Origin: an uncultured Actinomycetes bacterium
GTDB lineage: Bacteria > Actinomycetota > Acidimicrobiia > IMCC26256 > PALSA-610
Direction of reading: 5' to 3'
Assembly: GCA_963701825.1 (NCBI GenBank)
Contig: CAVPBG010000003.1
Location: 1,072,043 to 1,136,042, forward strand
DNA: 64,000 nucleotides
The notes beneath the pieces are model-generated. The model was given only the letters and a program-made list of their open reading frames with translations, made no database searches and had not been told where the DNA came from. The position numbers and the translations under genes were made by a program. Below are positions 40,603 through 49,196 of the stretch, in pieces (within the stretch, counting starts at the first letter, position 1; every line of letters starts with the position of its first letter).

Positions 40603-42570
40603 TTAGACCTTCGCGAGGCGGCGGAGGGCTTCGGCGATGTCGGCGCGATCGGGGAGCCAGGCGCGTTCGAGGTCGGGCGCGTAGGGCGGCGGGGTCGATG
40701 CCGCGCCGATGCGTTCGATGGGTGCGTCGAGGTCCCAGAAGCCTTCGCGCGCGACAGTCGCCGCGATCTCCGCACCGATGCCGAACGGCACGACGGCCTC
40801 GTGCGCGATCAGGAGGCGGCTGGTCTTGTGCACCGATTCGAGGATCGGCGCCATGTCGAGCGGCGCAACTGTGCGCAGGTCGATCACCTCGACGGAGATG
40901 CCGTCGTCGGCCAACGCTTCCGCGGCGGCGACGGCCTCGTGCACCATCCGCGACACCGAAACCACGGTGATATCGGTTCCGGCGCGCACAACCGCCGACT
41001 TGCCGATCGGAACGATGTGGTCGGCGGGCGGTTGCGGACCCTTCATCCCGTACAGCAATCGGTTCTCGATGAACACGACCGGGTTCGGATCCTGGATCGC
41101 GGCGCGCAACAGCCCATACGTGTCGGCCGGCGTCGACGGCATCACGACCGTCAGCCCGGGGATGTGCGCGAGCAACGCTTCGAGACTCTGCGAGTGCTGA
41201 CTCCCCGACGAACGTCCGGCGCCGAACTGGGTGCGCACGGTCAATGCCATCTGCGCGGTACCGCCGGTCATGAACGGCAGCTTGGCGGCCTGGTTGAGCA
41301 GCTGATCGAGACACACGCCGAGGAAGTCGAGGTACATGAGCTCGACGACGGGCCGCATGCCGGCCATCGCCGCGCCGACACCCAGGCCGACGATCGCGCT
41401 CTCCGAGATCGGCGTGTCGCGCACCCGATCGCCGAACCGATCGTGCAGCCCGCGCGTGAGTCCGAACACGTTGCCGCCGGCGGCCACGTCGATGCCGGCG
41501 ACGAACACGCGGTCGTCGGTCGCGAGCTCAATTTCGAGTGCGGCGCGGATCGCATCCATCGTGCGGAACGTCGGGGCGTCTTCCGCGAGCGCCTGTGGTT
41601 CGGGGTGTTCGGGGCGAGCGCGCACGACGAAGTTCGTCAACGTTTCGGCGCGCGGCGCCACCATCTTCCGCGCCGTGTCGATGGCCGCGTCGAGCTCGCG
41701 TGCGACGGTCGATTGCATCGCCGCGAGCACGTCGTCGGTCACACCCGTCGCGATGAGCCGACGGGCGTTGACGAGCAGCGGATCGCGCCGCTCCCACTCG
41801 CGCAATTCATCGGGCGATCGGTAGCGCTGCGGGTCGCCTTCGTAATGCCCGTGCCAGCGGTAGGTCGTGGCCTCGACGACCACCGGACCTTTGCGCGTTC
41901 CGCGCCGGGCGTCGACCACCTCGGTCATCGCCGTCGCGGTCGCCACGACGTCGTTGCCGTCGACTGCGACGTAGTCGACGCCGTACCCGGCCGCCCGCTG
42001 TTCGAGCGTCGCCGCGTGCTGCGCCGACGCGGGCGAGAACTCCGCGTAACCGTTGTTCTCGCAGAAGAAGATCACCGGCAGTTCCCAGACCGCGGCGAGA
42101 TTGATCGCTTCGTGGAACGTGCCGTGCGCGACCGCGCCGTCGCCGAAGAACGCAACCGCGACACTGCCGTCGGCCCGGAGCTGCGCGGCTGTGGCCGCGC
42201 CGACCGCGATCGGCAGGCCGGCCGCGACAATTCCGTTGGCGCCGAAGATCCCGAGGTTCGGATCGGCGATGTGCATCGAGCCGCCCCGCCCACGGTTCGT
42301 GCCCTCGTCCTTGCCCATGAGCTCGGCGAACATGCCGAGCGGGTCGAGACCCTTGGCGAGACAGTGGCCGTGGCCGCGATGGGTCGACGTGATGACGTCG
42401 GCCCGGCCGAGGGGCCGGCATGCACCGACCGCGGCCGCCTCCTGCCCGATCGACAGGTGGACGAAGCCCGGCACCTCGCCGTCGCGGTACAGCGCCGCCA
42501 CCCGCTCCTCGAACCCGCGGATCACGAGCATCCGCCGATGCATCTCGAGGATTTCGGCGTCCGAGAACAT
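40603..42570 (-). CDS. Fused 2-oxoacid/acetoin dehydrogenase E1 alpha-beta (ThDP-dependent)
   Basis: HLSIGQE, GDGA...ENN ThDP motif, then beta-chain DTPISE, EVIDLRT. Confidence 0.92.
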   Translation of the reverse strand: MFSDAEILEMHRRMLVIRGFEERVAALYRDGEVPGFVHLSIGQEAAAVGACRPLGRADVITSTHRGHGHCLAKGLDPLGMFAELMGKDEGTNRGRGGSMHIADPNLGIFGANGIVAAGLPIAVGAATAAQLRADGSVAVAFFGDGAVAHGTFHEAINLAAVWELPVIFFCENNGYAEFSPASAQHAATLEQRAAGYGVDYVAVDGNDVVATATAMTEVVDARRGTRKGPVVVEATTYRWHGHYEGDPQRYRSPDELREWERRDPLLVNARRLIATGVTDDVLAAMQSTVARELDAAIDTARKMVAPRAETLTNFVVRARPEHPEPQALAEDAPTFRTMDAIRAALEIELATDDRVFVAGIDVAAGGNVFGLTRGLHDRFGDRVRDTPISESAIVGLGVGAAMAGMRPVVELMYLDFLGVCLDQLLNQAAKLPFMTGGTAQMALTVRTQFGAGRSSGSQHSQSLEALLAHIPGLTVVMPSTPADTYGLLRAAIQDPNPVVFIENRLLYGMKGPQPPADHIVPIGKSAVVRAGTDITVVSVSRMVHEAVAAAEALADDGISVEVIDLRTVAPLDMAPILESVHKTSRLLIAHEAVVPFGIGAEIAATVAREGFWDLDAPIERIGAASTPPPYAPDLERAWLPDRADIAEALRRLAKV

Positions 42571-42580
42571 GAGCCATGTA

Positions 42581-42598
42581 TTGTACTGAACGGTACAA
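42581..42598. promoter_or_regulatory. TTGTAC-N6-GTACAA candidate operator
   Basis: ttgtac-tgaacg-gtacaa, perfect arms, divergent promoter. Confidence 0.7.
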
Positions 42599-42640
42599 AG
42601 AGTGGTGCGGGCCCGGCCGGGGCGCAACGGGGAGCGGACG

Positions 42641-43420
42641 ATGCCCGATCAGATCGACATCCCCGGGTCCTTCGCCGGCGCGGCCGACGTCGCCGGAAAG
42701 CGGGTCGTGATCACCGGCGCGAGCCGCGGGCTCGGACGCCTCCTGGCCCACGCGTTCTCGCAGGGCGGCGCGCGATTGGCGCTGGTCGCCCGCACCGAGA
42801 CCGACCTGAAGGCGGTCGCGGCGGAGCTTCCCGGACCGGCACTCGTACTCGGCGGCGACATTACCGACGCGGACTTCAACGAGGCCGTCGCCGACGCGAC
42901 CGTCGCGGAGTGGGGTGGCGTCGACGTGTGGATCTGCAACGCCGGGATCTCGCCGATCCTGGCCGGTCCGCTCAAGACCGATCCCGCAGTGTTGCGCGAG
43001 ATCTTCGAAGTCAACCTCACCGGCGCGTTCCTCGGCGCGCGCGCCGCGGCTCGGGTCATGCACGCCGGCGGCCGGCTCATCTTCACCGGATCGGTGCTCG
43101 GCGAACGACCGCGCGCCGGCCTCACCGCGTACAGCGCGTCGAAGGCCGGCCTCGTCGGCATGGCCAAGGGACTCGCACTCGATCTCGCGCCGTGCGGTAT
43201 CACGGTCAACGTGGTCGCGCCGGGTTGGTTCGACTCGCCGTTGGCCGAGCGCTGGAAGAACAGCGCCGAGCTCGGCGCGGGAGTGCTCGATCACACCGCG
43301 CAACGACGTTGGGGGGCAGCGACCGACCTTGCCGGCGCGTACCAGTTCCTCGCGTCCGACGCCTCGGCGTTCGTCACCGGAACGGTCCTCAATGTCGACG
43401 GCGGATACCTGTTGGTATGA
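42641..43420 (+). CDS. SDR oxidoreductase
   Basis: TGASRGLG, CNAG, YSASK. Confidence 0.9.
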   Translation: MPDQIDIPGSFAGAADVAGKRVVITGASRGLGRLLAHAFSQGGARLALVARTETDLKAVAAELPGPALVLGGDITDADFNEAVADATVAEWGGVDVWICNAGISPILAGPLKTDPAVLREIFEVNLTGAFLGARAAARVMHAGGRLIFTGSVLGERPRAGLTAYSASKAGLVGMAKGLALDLAPCGITVNVVAPGWFDSPLAERWKNSAELGAGVLDHTAQRRWGAATDLAGAYQFLASDASAFVTGTVLNVDGGYLLV

Positions 43421-44170
43421 ACTCCCCTCCGGCACGACGGGTCGTTGCGATCACGGGCGCGGGCGGGACGCTGGGCGCGGCGTTGTCGCGCGAGTTCGCC
43501 GGAGCAGACCGATACCGATCTTGTGTTGAGCGACGTGAGTGAAGCGTCGCTCGAAGCCACCGTCGCGGCCATCCCCGAGCCCCGCGGACCCATCGCCACC
43601 CGCCTCGCCGACGTGAGCGAGATCGCGGAGGTCGACGCGGTCGTCGACCTCGCGGTCGAACGCTTCGGGCGGCTCGACGTCCTGATCAGCAACGCGGGGG
43701 TGCTCTCGCCGAACGGTCGCATCCACAACCTCACGACCGAGGACTGGGAACGCGCGTTTCGCATCAACGTGCTGGGCGCGGTCAACGGAATCCGCGCCGC
43801 GGTGCGCGTCATGCGCTCGCAGCAGTCCGGATCGATCATCCTCACTGCGTCCGTCTCGGGCCTGACCGCGTGGTCACACGCGGCGCCGTACTGCGCGACG
43901 AAGGCGGCCGTGATCCAACTCGCGAAGGTCGCGGCGGTCGAGTACGCCCGCGACGGGATTCGGGTGAACTGCGTGTGCCCGGGCACCTTCCTGTCGGGGA
44001 TCCACGCCGATCTCCCGACCGAGGCGATCGACACGATCGCGGCCAAGCATCCGCTCGGGTTGGGATCGGCCGCCGACCTCGTCGGCGCGTACGCATACCT
44101 CGCGAGCGACGCGGCGCGTTGGACGACCGGCGCTGCGATCGTCGTCGACGGCGGCTACTCGGCCCCATAG
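43417..44170 (+). CDS. SDR oxidoreductase; frameshift near 43500
   Basis: TGAGGTLG in one frame; SNAG, YCATK, VDGG in another. Confidence 0.82.
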
Positions 44171-44197
44171 AAGTTGGAGTCGTAGGAGAGTGCGCCG

Positions 44198-45733
44198 ATG
44201 ATGCAGCCCGACGTGAACTGGCTCGGTGTCCTCGAGCACCACGCCGCGAACACGCCCGACAAGCCGATCGCGGTCTACGGCGCCGACGTCGTCACGTATC
44301 AGCAGATGCTCGAGTGGTCGGCCGCACTCGCGGGTGGGCTGCAGGCGCGCGGAGTCGGTGCGGGCGATGTCGTCGGGCTGCTCTCGTACAACAACATCGA
44401 GTTCCTCGCGACGATCTTCGCCGTGAACTATCTCGGCGCGATCGCGATGCCGATCAACTGGCGGCTCGCGGCGCCCGAGCTCCGGTTCATCCTCGAACAT
44501 TCCGAAGCACGCGTGCTGGTGTGCGACAAGGAGCTCGTCGACCTCGCCGACGAAGCGATCCAGGGACTCAGCGGCGGCCGCGAACTGGTTCGAGTGTGCA
44601 TCTCGACCGAGAAGGTGCCGGAATGGGAGCGGTTCGCCGATCTCGGCGCCGGGAACGCTCCTCCGACCCGGGCGCGCGTCGCGGCCGACGACGTACACCG
44701 CCTGATGTACACGTCGGGGACGACCGGGCGGCCGAAGGGCGTCATGCTCTCGCACGCCAACCTGGCGTGGAAGAACTACGCGGACATCACCGAGTTCGGT
44801 TTCACCGCGGCCGACATCGGCCTCGCGTGCGGACCGCTGTACCACGTCGGCGCGCTCGACCTCGTCACGACGACGATGATCGCGGTCGGCGCAACCACGA
44901 TCATCCACCGCGCGTTCGACGCGGCGCGCGTCGTCGGCGAGATCGAAGCGTCGCGCGTCACGTGCGTGTGGACCGCGCCGGCCATGGTGCGCGCGATTCT
45001 CGACGTTCCGGGCGTCGAGGCGCGTGATCTCTCCTCGGTCCGGCTCATCATCGCGGGTGGCGAGAAGATGCCGATCCCGTACATCGAGCGCCTCCGGCGA
45101 ACCTTCCCGTCGGCGTGGTTCGCCGACGCGTACGGGCTCACCGAGACGGTGTCGGGCGACACGTTCCTCGACCGCGCGAGCACGGTAACGAAGCTCGGCA
45201 GCGTCGGCCGGCCGTGTCAGTACCTCGAGCTCGACATCTGGGACGAACACGGCGCGTCGGTCGGCGCGGACGAACGCGGCGAAGTCGTGTTGCGCGGACC
45301 GAAGGTGTTCAAGGGCTACTGGCGCGACCCCGACGCGACGAACACCGCGTTCGCGGGCGGATGGTTCCACACCGGCGACATCGGTGTGCGCGACGCGGAC
45401 GGTTACCTCTACATCGTCGACCGGCTCAAGGACATGATCGTGTCCGGCGGCGAGAACATCGCGAGCTCGGAGATCGAGCGCGTGTTGTACGAGCACGATT
45501 CGGTGGTCGAAGTCGCGGTCGTCGGCCGCCCCGACGAACGGTGGGGCGAAGTTCCCGTCGCCTACGTCGTGTTGCGCGAGGGCGCGTCGCCCACCCCGGA
45601 AGAGCTCATCGAACACTGCCGCGCCCAACTCGCCAAGTTCAAGGTCCCCAAGGCCGTCGCTTTCATCGACGCCCTCCCGAGAAACCCCTCCGGCAAAATC
45701 CTAAAACGCAACCTACGAACCGAACTGTCGTGA
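44198..45733 (+). CDS. Acyl-CoA synthetase (MenE/FadD13-like); stop lies inside repeat copy 4
   Basis: YTSGTTGRPKG, YGLTE, HTGD, SGGEN. Confidence 0.92.
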   Translation: MMQPDVNWLGVLEHHAANTPDKPIAVYGADVVTYQQMLEWSAALAGGLQARGVGAGDVVGLLSYNNIEFLATIFAVNYLGAIAMPINWRLAAPELRFILEHSEARVLVCDKELVDLADEAIQGLSGGRELVRVCISTEKVPEWERFADLGAGNAPPTRARVAADDVHRLMYTSGTTGRPKGVMLSHANLAWKNYADITEFGFTAADIGLACGPLYHVGALDLVTTTMIAVGATTIIHRAFDAARVVGEIEASRVTCVWTAPAMVRAILDVPGVEARDLSSVRLIIAGGEKMPIPYIERLRRTFPSAWFADAYGLTETVSGDTFLDRASTVTKLGSVGRPCQYLELDIWDEHGASVGADERGEVVLRGPKVFKGYWRDPDATNTAFAGGWFHTGDIGVRDADGYLYIVDRLKDMIVSGGENIASSEIERVLYEHDSVVEVAVVGRPDERWGEVPVAYVVLREGASPTPEELIEHCRAQLAKFKVPKAVAFIDALPRNPSGKILKRNLRTELS

Positions 45734-45771
45734 GTTGTGGGCGCATAGCGCCCACAACTCACGACAGTTCG
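45721..45771. repeat. 51-bp palindromic repeat, copy 4 (perfect 24-bp arms)
   Basis: cgaactgtcgtgagttgtgggcgc-ata-gcgcccacaactcacgacagttcg. Confidence 0.95.
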
Positions 45772-45828
45772 AGGGATGGTTCGAGTGGTCGGGGGCTGGT
45801 TGTCTCACCGGGTCGCCAGGATGGCCCG

Positions 45829-46764
45829 ATGCGATCACGCTCCGACGACATCCTCGCCGACATCGCGGCGACCCAGCACGGCGTCTTTTGCATTGCCGAC
45901 GCACAGACGGCGCTACTTTCCACCGAGCAGATCAACCGTCGGGCGTCCGATCGCTGGATCAAGATGCACGAAGGCGTCTATCGGACGGCAGGAGCTCCAG
46001 TCACGTGGCGTGGCAACCTCTACGCCGCGGCCCTGGCCGCGGGTACCGGCGCGGCGATCTCTCATCGCGCGGCCGCGGCGCTGTACGACCTTCCCGGCGG
46101 ACGACCGGGACTCGTCGAACTCACGTGTGTGCACTGGAAGCGCACGGTGCAACGTGGGCTCGTCGTCCACGAGAGCCGGCGCCTCGACGCTCGCGACATA
46201 CAACTCGTCGACGGCATTCCAGTCACGCGACCCGAACGCACGGTCCTCGACATCGCGTCGTACTACCCGAGCGCCAACTATCTCGAGAGCGTCGTGCAAG
46301 CGGCTCGCCGTAAGCGGCTGGTGACGTACGAATCCACTCGAGAGATGTTCGACCGGCACGCCCGCCGCGGCCTCAAGGGCGTGCGCGCGATGCGGGAAAT
46401 GCTGGAACGCTGGGACCCGAACAGTCGCGCGACGGAGAGCGAGATGGAGACGCTGCTGGTTCGCGTCTTGCGCGAGAACGGGCTTCCGAAGCCGGTCGTG
46501 CAACACGACGTCACCGATCTCCGTGGAAGATTCGTCGCGCGCGTCGACGCGGCCTATCCCGACCGGCGCATTCTGATCGAGTACGACAGCAAGCAAGAGC
46601 ACTCGGACGAGTTCCAGATCGCCCGCGATGCCAAGCGCCGCAACCAACTTCAAGCGCTCGGCTACTCCGTTCTGAGTGCCCGCCACGCCGATCTGCGCCT
46701 CGACGGCACCGAACTCTGCACCCAGATCCGCGCGATTCTGCACCGCACCGTCGAACCGTCGTGA
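45829..46764 (+). CDS. AbiEi-like N-terminal domain plus DUF559/Vsr-like endonuclease-fold protein
   Basis: QHGVF...GVY, SHRAAAALY, GIPVTRPERTVLD, ESEME, RVDAAYP...IEYDS...H...RD..RRNQL...GY. Confidence 0.85.
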   Translation: MRSRSDDILADIAATQHGVFCIADAQTALLSTEQINRRASDRWIKMHEGVYRTAGAPVTWRGNLYAAALAAGTGAAISHRAAAALYDLPGGRPGLVELTCVHWKRTVQRGLVVHESRRLDARDIQLVDGIPVTRPERTVLDIASYYPSANYLESVVQAARRKRLVTYESTREMFDRHARRGLKGVRAMREMLERWDPNSRATESEMETLLVRVLRENGLPKPVVQHDVTDLRGRFVARVDAAYPDRRILIEYDSKQEHSDEFQIARDAKRRNQLQALGYSVLSARHADLRLDGTELCTQIRAILHRTVEPS

Positions 46765-46802
46765 GTTGTGGGCGCATAGCGCCGACAACTCACGACGGTT
46801 CG
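46752..46802. repeat. 51-bp palindromic repeat, copy 5
   Basis: cgaaccgtcgtgagtt-gtgggcg-catag-cgccgac-aactcacgacggttcg; holds the stops of both flanking genes. Confidence 0.95.
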
Positions 46803-47695
46803 ATTCTCTCTAGGTGGTGCATGAACTCCGCGGACCAGGATTTGAGGTCGGCGGGGACGGAGTAACTGGTTTCATCGTTGATCGTCGTCCAGTGCGCGGC
46901 GACGTCTTCGATCGACGGGTCGGGCGCGGTGTGGACGTAGCCCTCGGTCGACGCGATGAACACGCGCGCGAAACGTCCGAAGCCGGCGGCATAGATCTCG
47001 CCGCTGACGGGGCAGTCTTCGTGCGCGAGGAACGCGACCATCGGCGCGACGAGCTCCGGGGCCATCTCGGGCGCGCCCTCCCCCGCGCCGGCCATGCGCG
47101 TGAACGCACCCGGCATGACGAGGTTGATCTTGATCCCGTGCTGGGCGCCGGCCGTGTTGAGGCTGCGCGTCATCCCGATGACCGCGCCCTTCGCCGTCGC
47201 GTACGAGAGGTTTTCCGGCAGCCCGAACACGCCCGCGGACGTGGTCATCACGATACGGCCGTAACCCTGTTCGACCATGTGCGGCCACGCGGCGCGGGTG
47301 GTGTTGAACGAGCCGCCGACGTGCACGGCCAGGTGGCGAGCGAGATTGTCGGCGTCGGCCTTGGGGAAGGCGGCCCAGCGGATGATGCCCGCGTTGTTGA
47401 TCAGGATGTCGATGCGTCCGAACTGCTCGACCGCGGCGCCCACGAGGGCTTCGCCCCCCGCCGCGGTCGAGACGTCGTTCGTGTCGGCGACCGCCACGCC
47501 CCCGGCCGCGACGATCTCCGCGACGACCAGCGCGGCCGGTTCGGCGTCCGCGCCGACACCGTCGATCGAACCGCCGAGGTCGTTGACCACGACGTGCGCG
47601 CCCCGTTCCGCGAGCAGCCGCGCGTAGGCGCGCCCGATGCCGCGTCCCGCGCCCGTGACCACCGCGACGCGCCCCTCGAAGCTGTGTTCGTTCAC
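46790..47695 (-). CDS. SDR oxidoreductase (MFE-2/17-beta-HSD4-like)
   Basis: TGAGRGIG, VVVNDLGG, NNAGI, YATAK. Confidence 0.9.
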   Translation of the reverse strand: MNEHSFEGRVAVVTGAGRGIGRAYARLLAERGAHVVVNDLGGSIDGVGADAEPAALVVAEIVAAGGVAVADTNDVSTAAGGEALVGAAVEQFGRIDILINNAGIIRWAAFPKADADNLARHLAVHVGGSFNTTRAAWPHMVEQGYGRIVMTTSAGVFGLPENLSYATAKGAVIGMTRSLNTAGAQHGIKINLVMPGAFTRMAGAGEGAPEMAPELVAPMVAFLAHEDCPVSGEIYAAGFGRFARVFIASTEGYVHTAPDPSIEDVAAHWTTINDETSYSVPADLKSWSAEFMHHLERIEPS

Positions 47696-47714
47696 CACAA
47701 TCCGCTCACCGGGG

Positions 47715-47732
47715 TTGTACCGACCAGTCATT
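47715..47732. promoter_or_regulatory. TTGTAC-N6 candidate operator upstream of tetR, adjacent to a TATACT -10-like hexamer
   Basis: ttgtac-cgacca-gtcatt followed by tatact at 47732-47737. Confidence 0.55.
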
Positions 47733-47780
47733 ATACTTTTGCCGTTGTCCTCCGCACCGTCCGACGCCCCGTCCGAGCCC

Positions 47781-48392
47781 ATGCCGCGCACGGCGGCGAG
47801 TGACGATCCGCGCCGCAGCGCGAACTGGAACGCCCGCCGCGACGTGATCATCGACACGTCGGCGCGCGTCTTCGCGCGCAACGGCTACCACGCGACGGGA
47901 ATCGCCGAGCTCTGCGAAGTCAACGGCTTCGGCAAGGGCGCGTTCTACTACTACATCGGTTCGAAGGAAGAGCTGCTCGCCGCGATCCACGATCGCGTGA
48001 TGGACGAGGTGATGCTCGGCGCGGATCGCACTGCGGAGGCCGACGGTTCGCCCGCGGCGCAGCTCGAGAAGTTGGGCGCGGAACTGCTCGACGTCATCCA
48101 CCGCTATCCCGATCACGTGTGGGTGTTTCTGCACGAGTTCCCCGCGCTCACCGCGGAACGGGCCGAGCAATTCCGCCGCCGGCGCCAGATCTACGAGCGC
48201 CGGGTCGCGGCGATCGTGCAAGCCGGGATCGACGCGGGCGAGTTTCGCGATGTCGACCCGAAGCTCACCGCGCTCGCGTGGCTCGGCATGCACAACTACA
48301 CCTACCTCTGGCTCAAGGCCGGCGGCCGCGTGTCGGCGCGCGACGTGGCCCAACCCTTCGCCGACATCTTCATCCGCGGTATCGCGAAGTAA
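47781..48392 (+). CDS. TetR-family regulator (KstR2-like C-terminus)
   Basis: HTH GIAELCEVNGFGKGAFYYYIGSKEE; GMHNYTYLW. Confidence 0.92.
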   Translation: MPRTAASDDPRRSANWNARRDVIIDTSARVFARNGYHATGIAELCEVNGFGKGAFYYYIGSKEELLAAIHDRVMDEVMLGADRTAEADGSPAAQLEKLGAELLDVIHRYPDHVWVFLHEFPALTAERAEQFRRRRQIYERRVAAIVQAGIDAGEFRDVDPKLTALAWLGMHNYTYLWLKAGGRVSARDVAQPFADIFIRGIAK

Positions 48393-48424
48393 CCAACGCG
48401 CCCCGCGCACCAACTGAGTCGCGC

Positions 48425-49192
48425 TCAGTCGAAGAGGTCGGGCTGCTCGCGCGTGATCATGTCCCAGAGCGGCTGGAACGACGCGCGACACGCGACCTGC
48501 GAACCCACGCTCTTGTACGTCTTGCGCGCCATGTCGGCATCGATCAGCACCGGCGTTCCCGCCGCTTCGGCGAGCAGTTGCGTTTGGCACGAGCGGTCCA
48601 TCGTGATGAACGACCACACCGCGGCGTCGACCGATTGACCGACGGTCAACAGACCGTGGTTGCGCAGGATCGCAGCCTTGTTCTGACCGAGTGCGGCCGC
48701 GATGCGCCGGCCCTCTTCCAGGTCCAGCACGACGCCGGTGAAATCGTCGAACAACGCGTGATCTTCGAAGAACGCGCACGCGTCCTGGGTGATCGGATCG
48801 AGCAAACGGCCCAACGTGGACCACGCCTTGCCGTGCAAAGAGTGCGAGTGCGCCGCCGCGATCACATCGGGACGCGCCGCATGCACCTGCGAATGAATCG
48901 CGAACGCGGCCGCGTTGACCCGCGCGTCGCCTTCGACGACTGCACCGGTGTGGTCGACACAGATGAGATCGGACACACAGATGTGCTTGAAGTTCATTCC
49001 GAACGGGTTGACCCAGAAGCGGTCGAGATGCTCCGGGTCGCGCACGGTGATGTGACCGGCGACGCCTTCGTCGAAACCGAACTTGCCGAACAGCCGGAAC
49101 GACGCCGCGAGCCGCTGCTTGCGATGGAGACGTTCGGCGTCGACGGAATCGAAGTTCGGCGGGGACGTGATGTCGCGCAGGAGTCCGGTCAT
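48425..49192 (-). CDS. Class II aldolase/adducin family
   Basis: AGHITVRDP, HSHS, LRNHGLLT. Confidence 0.9.
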   Translation of the reverse strand: MTGLLRDITSPPNFDSVDAERLHRKQRLAASFRLFGKFGFDEGVAGHITVRDPEHLDRFWVNPFGMNFKHICVSDLICVDHTGAVVEGDARVNAAAFAIHSQVHAARPDVIAAAHSHSLHGKAWSTLGRLLDPITQDACAFFEDHALFDDFTGVVLDLEEGRRIAAALGQNKAAILRNHGLLTVGQSVDAAVWSFITMDRSCQTQLLAEAAGTPVLIDADMARKTYKSVGSQVACRASFQPLWDMITREQPDLFD

Positions 49193-49196
49193 GACG

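Larger units (their letters stand above)
45721..46802 (+). mobile_element. Putative repeat-bounded cassette (palindrome, nuclease gene, palindrome)
   Basis: Two near-identical 51-bp repeats in direct orientation bound a single non-metabolic gene; mobility is inferred only. Confidence 0.4.

Noticed and set aside
45829-46764. Classical AbiE type IV toxin-antitoxin pair
   Set aside because: No adjacent AbiEii nucleotidyltransferase; neighbours are a CoA ligase and an SDR.
45115-46764. 549-aa ORF as the true nuclease gene
   Set aside because: The first ~238 codons are an off-frame overlap with the ligase and repeat; family motifs begin after the ATG at 45829.
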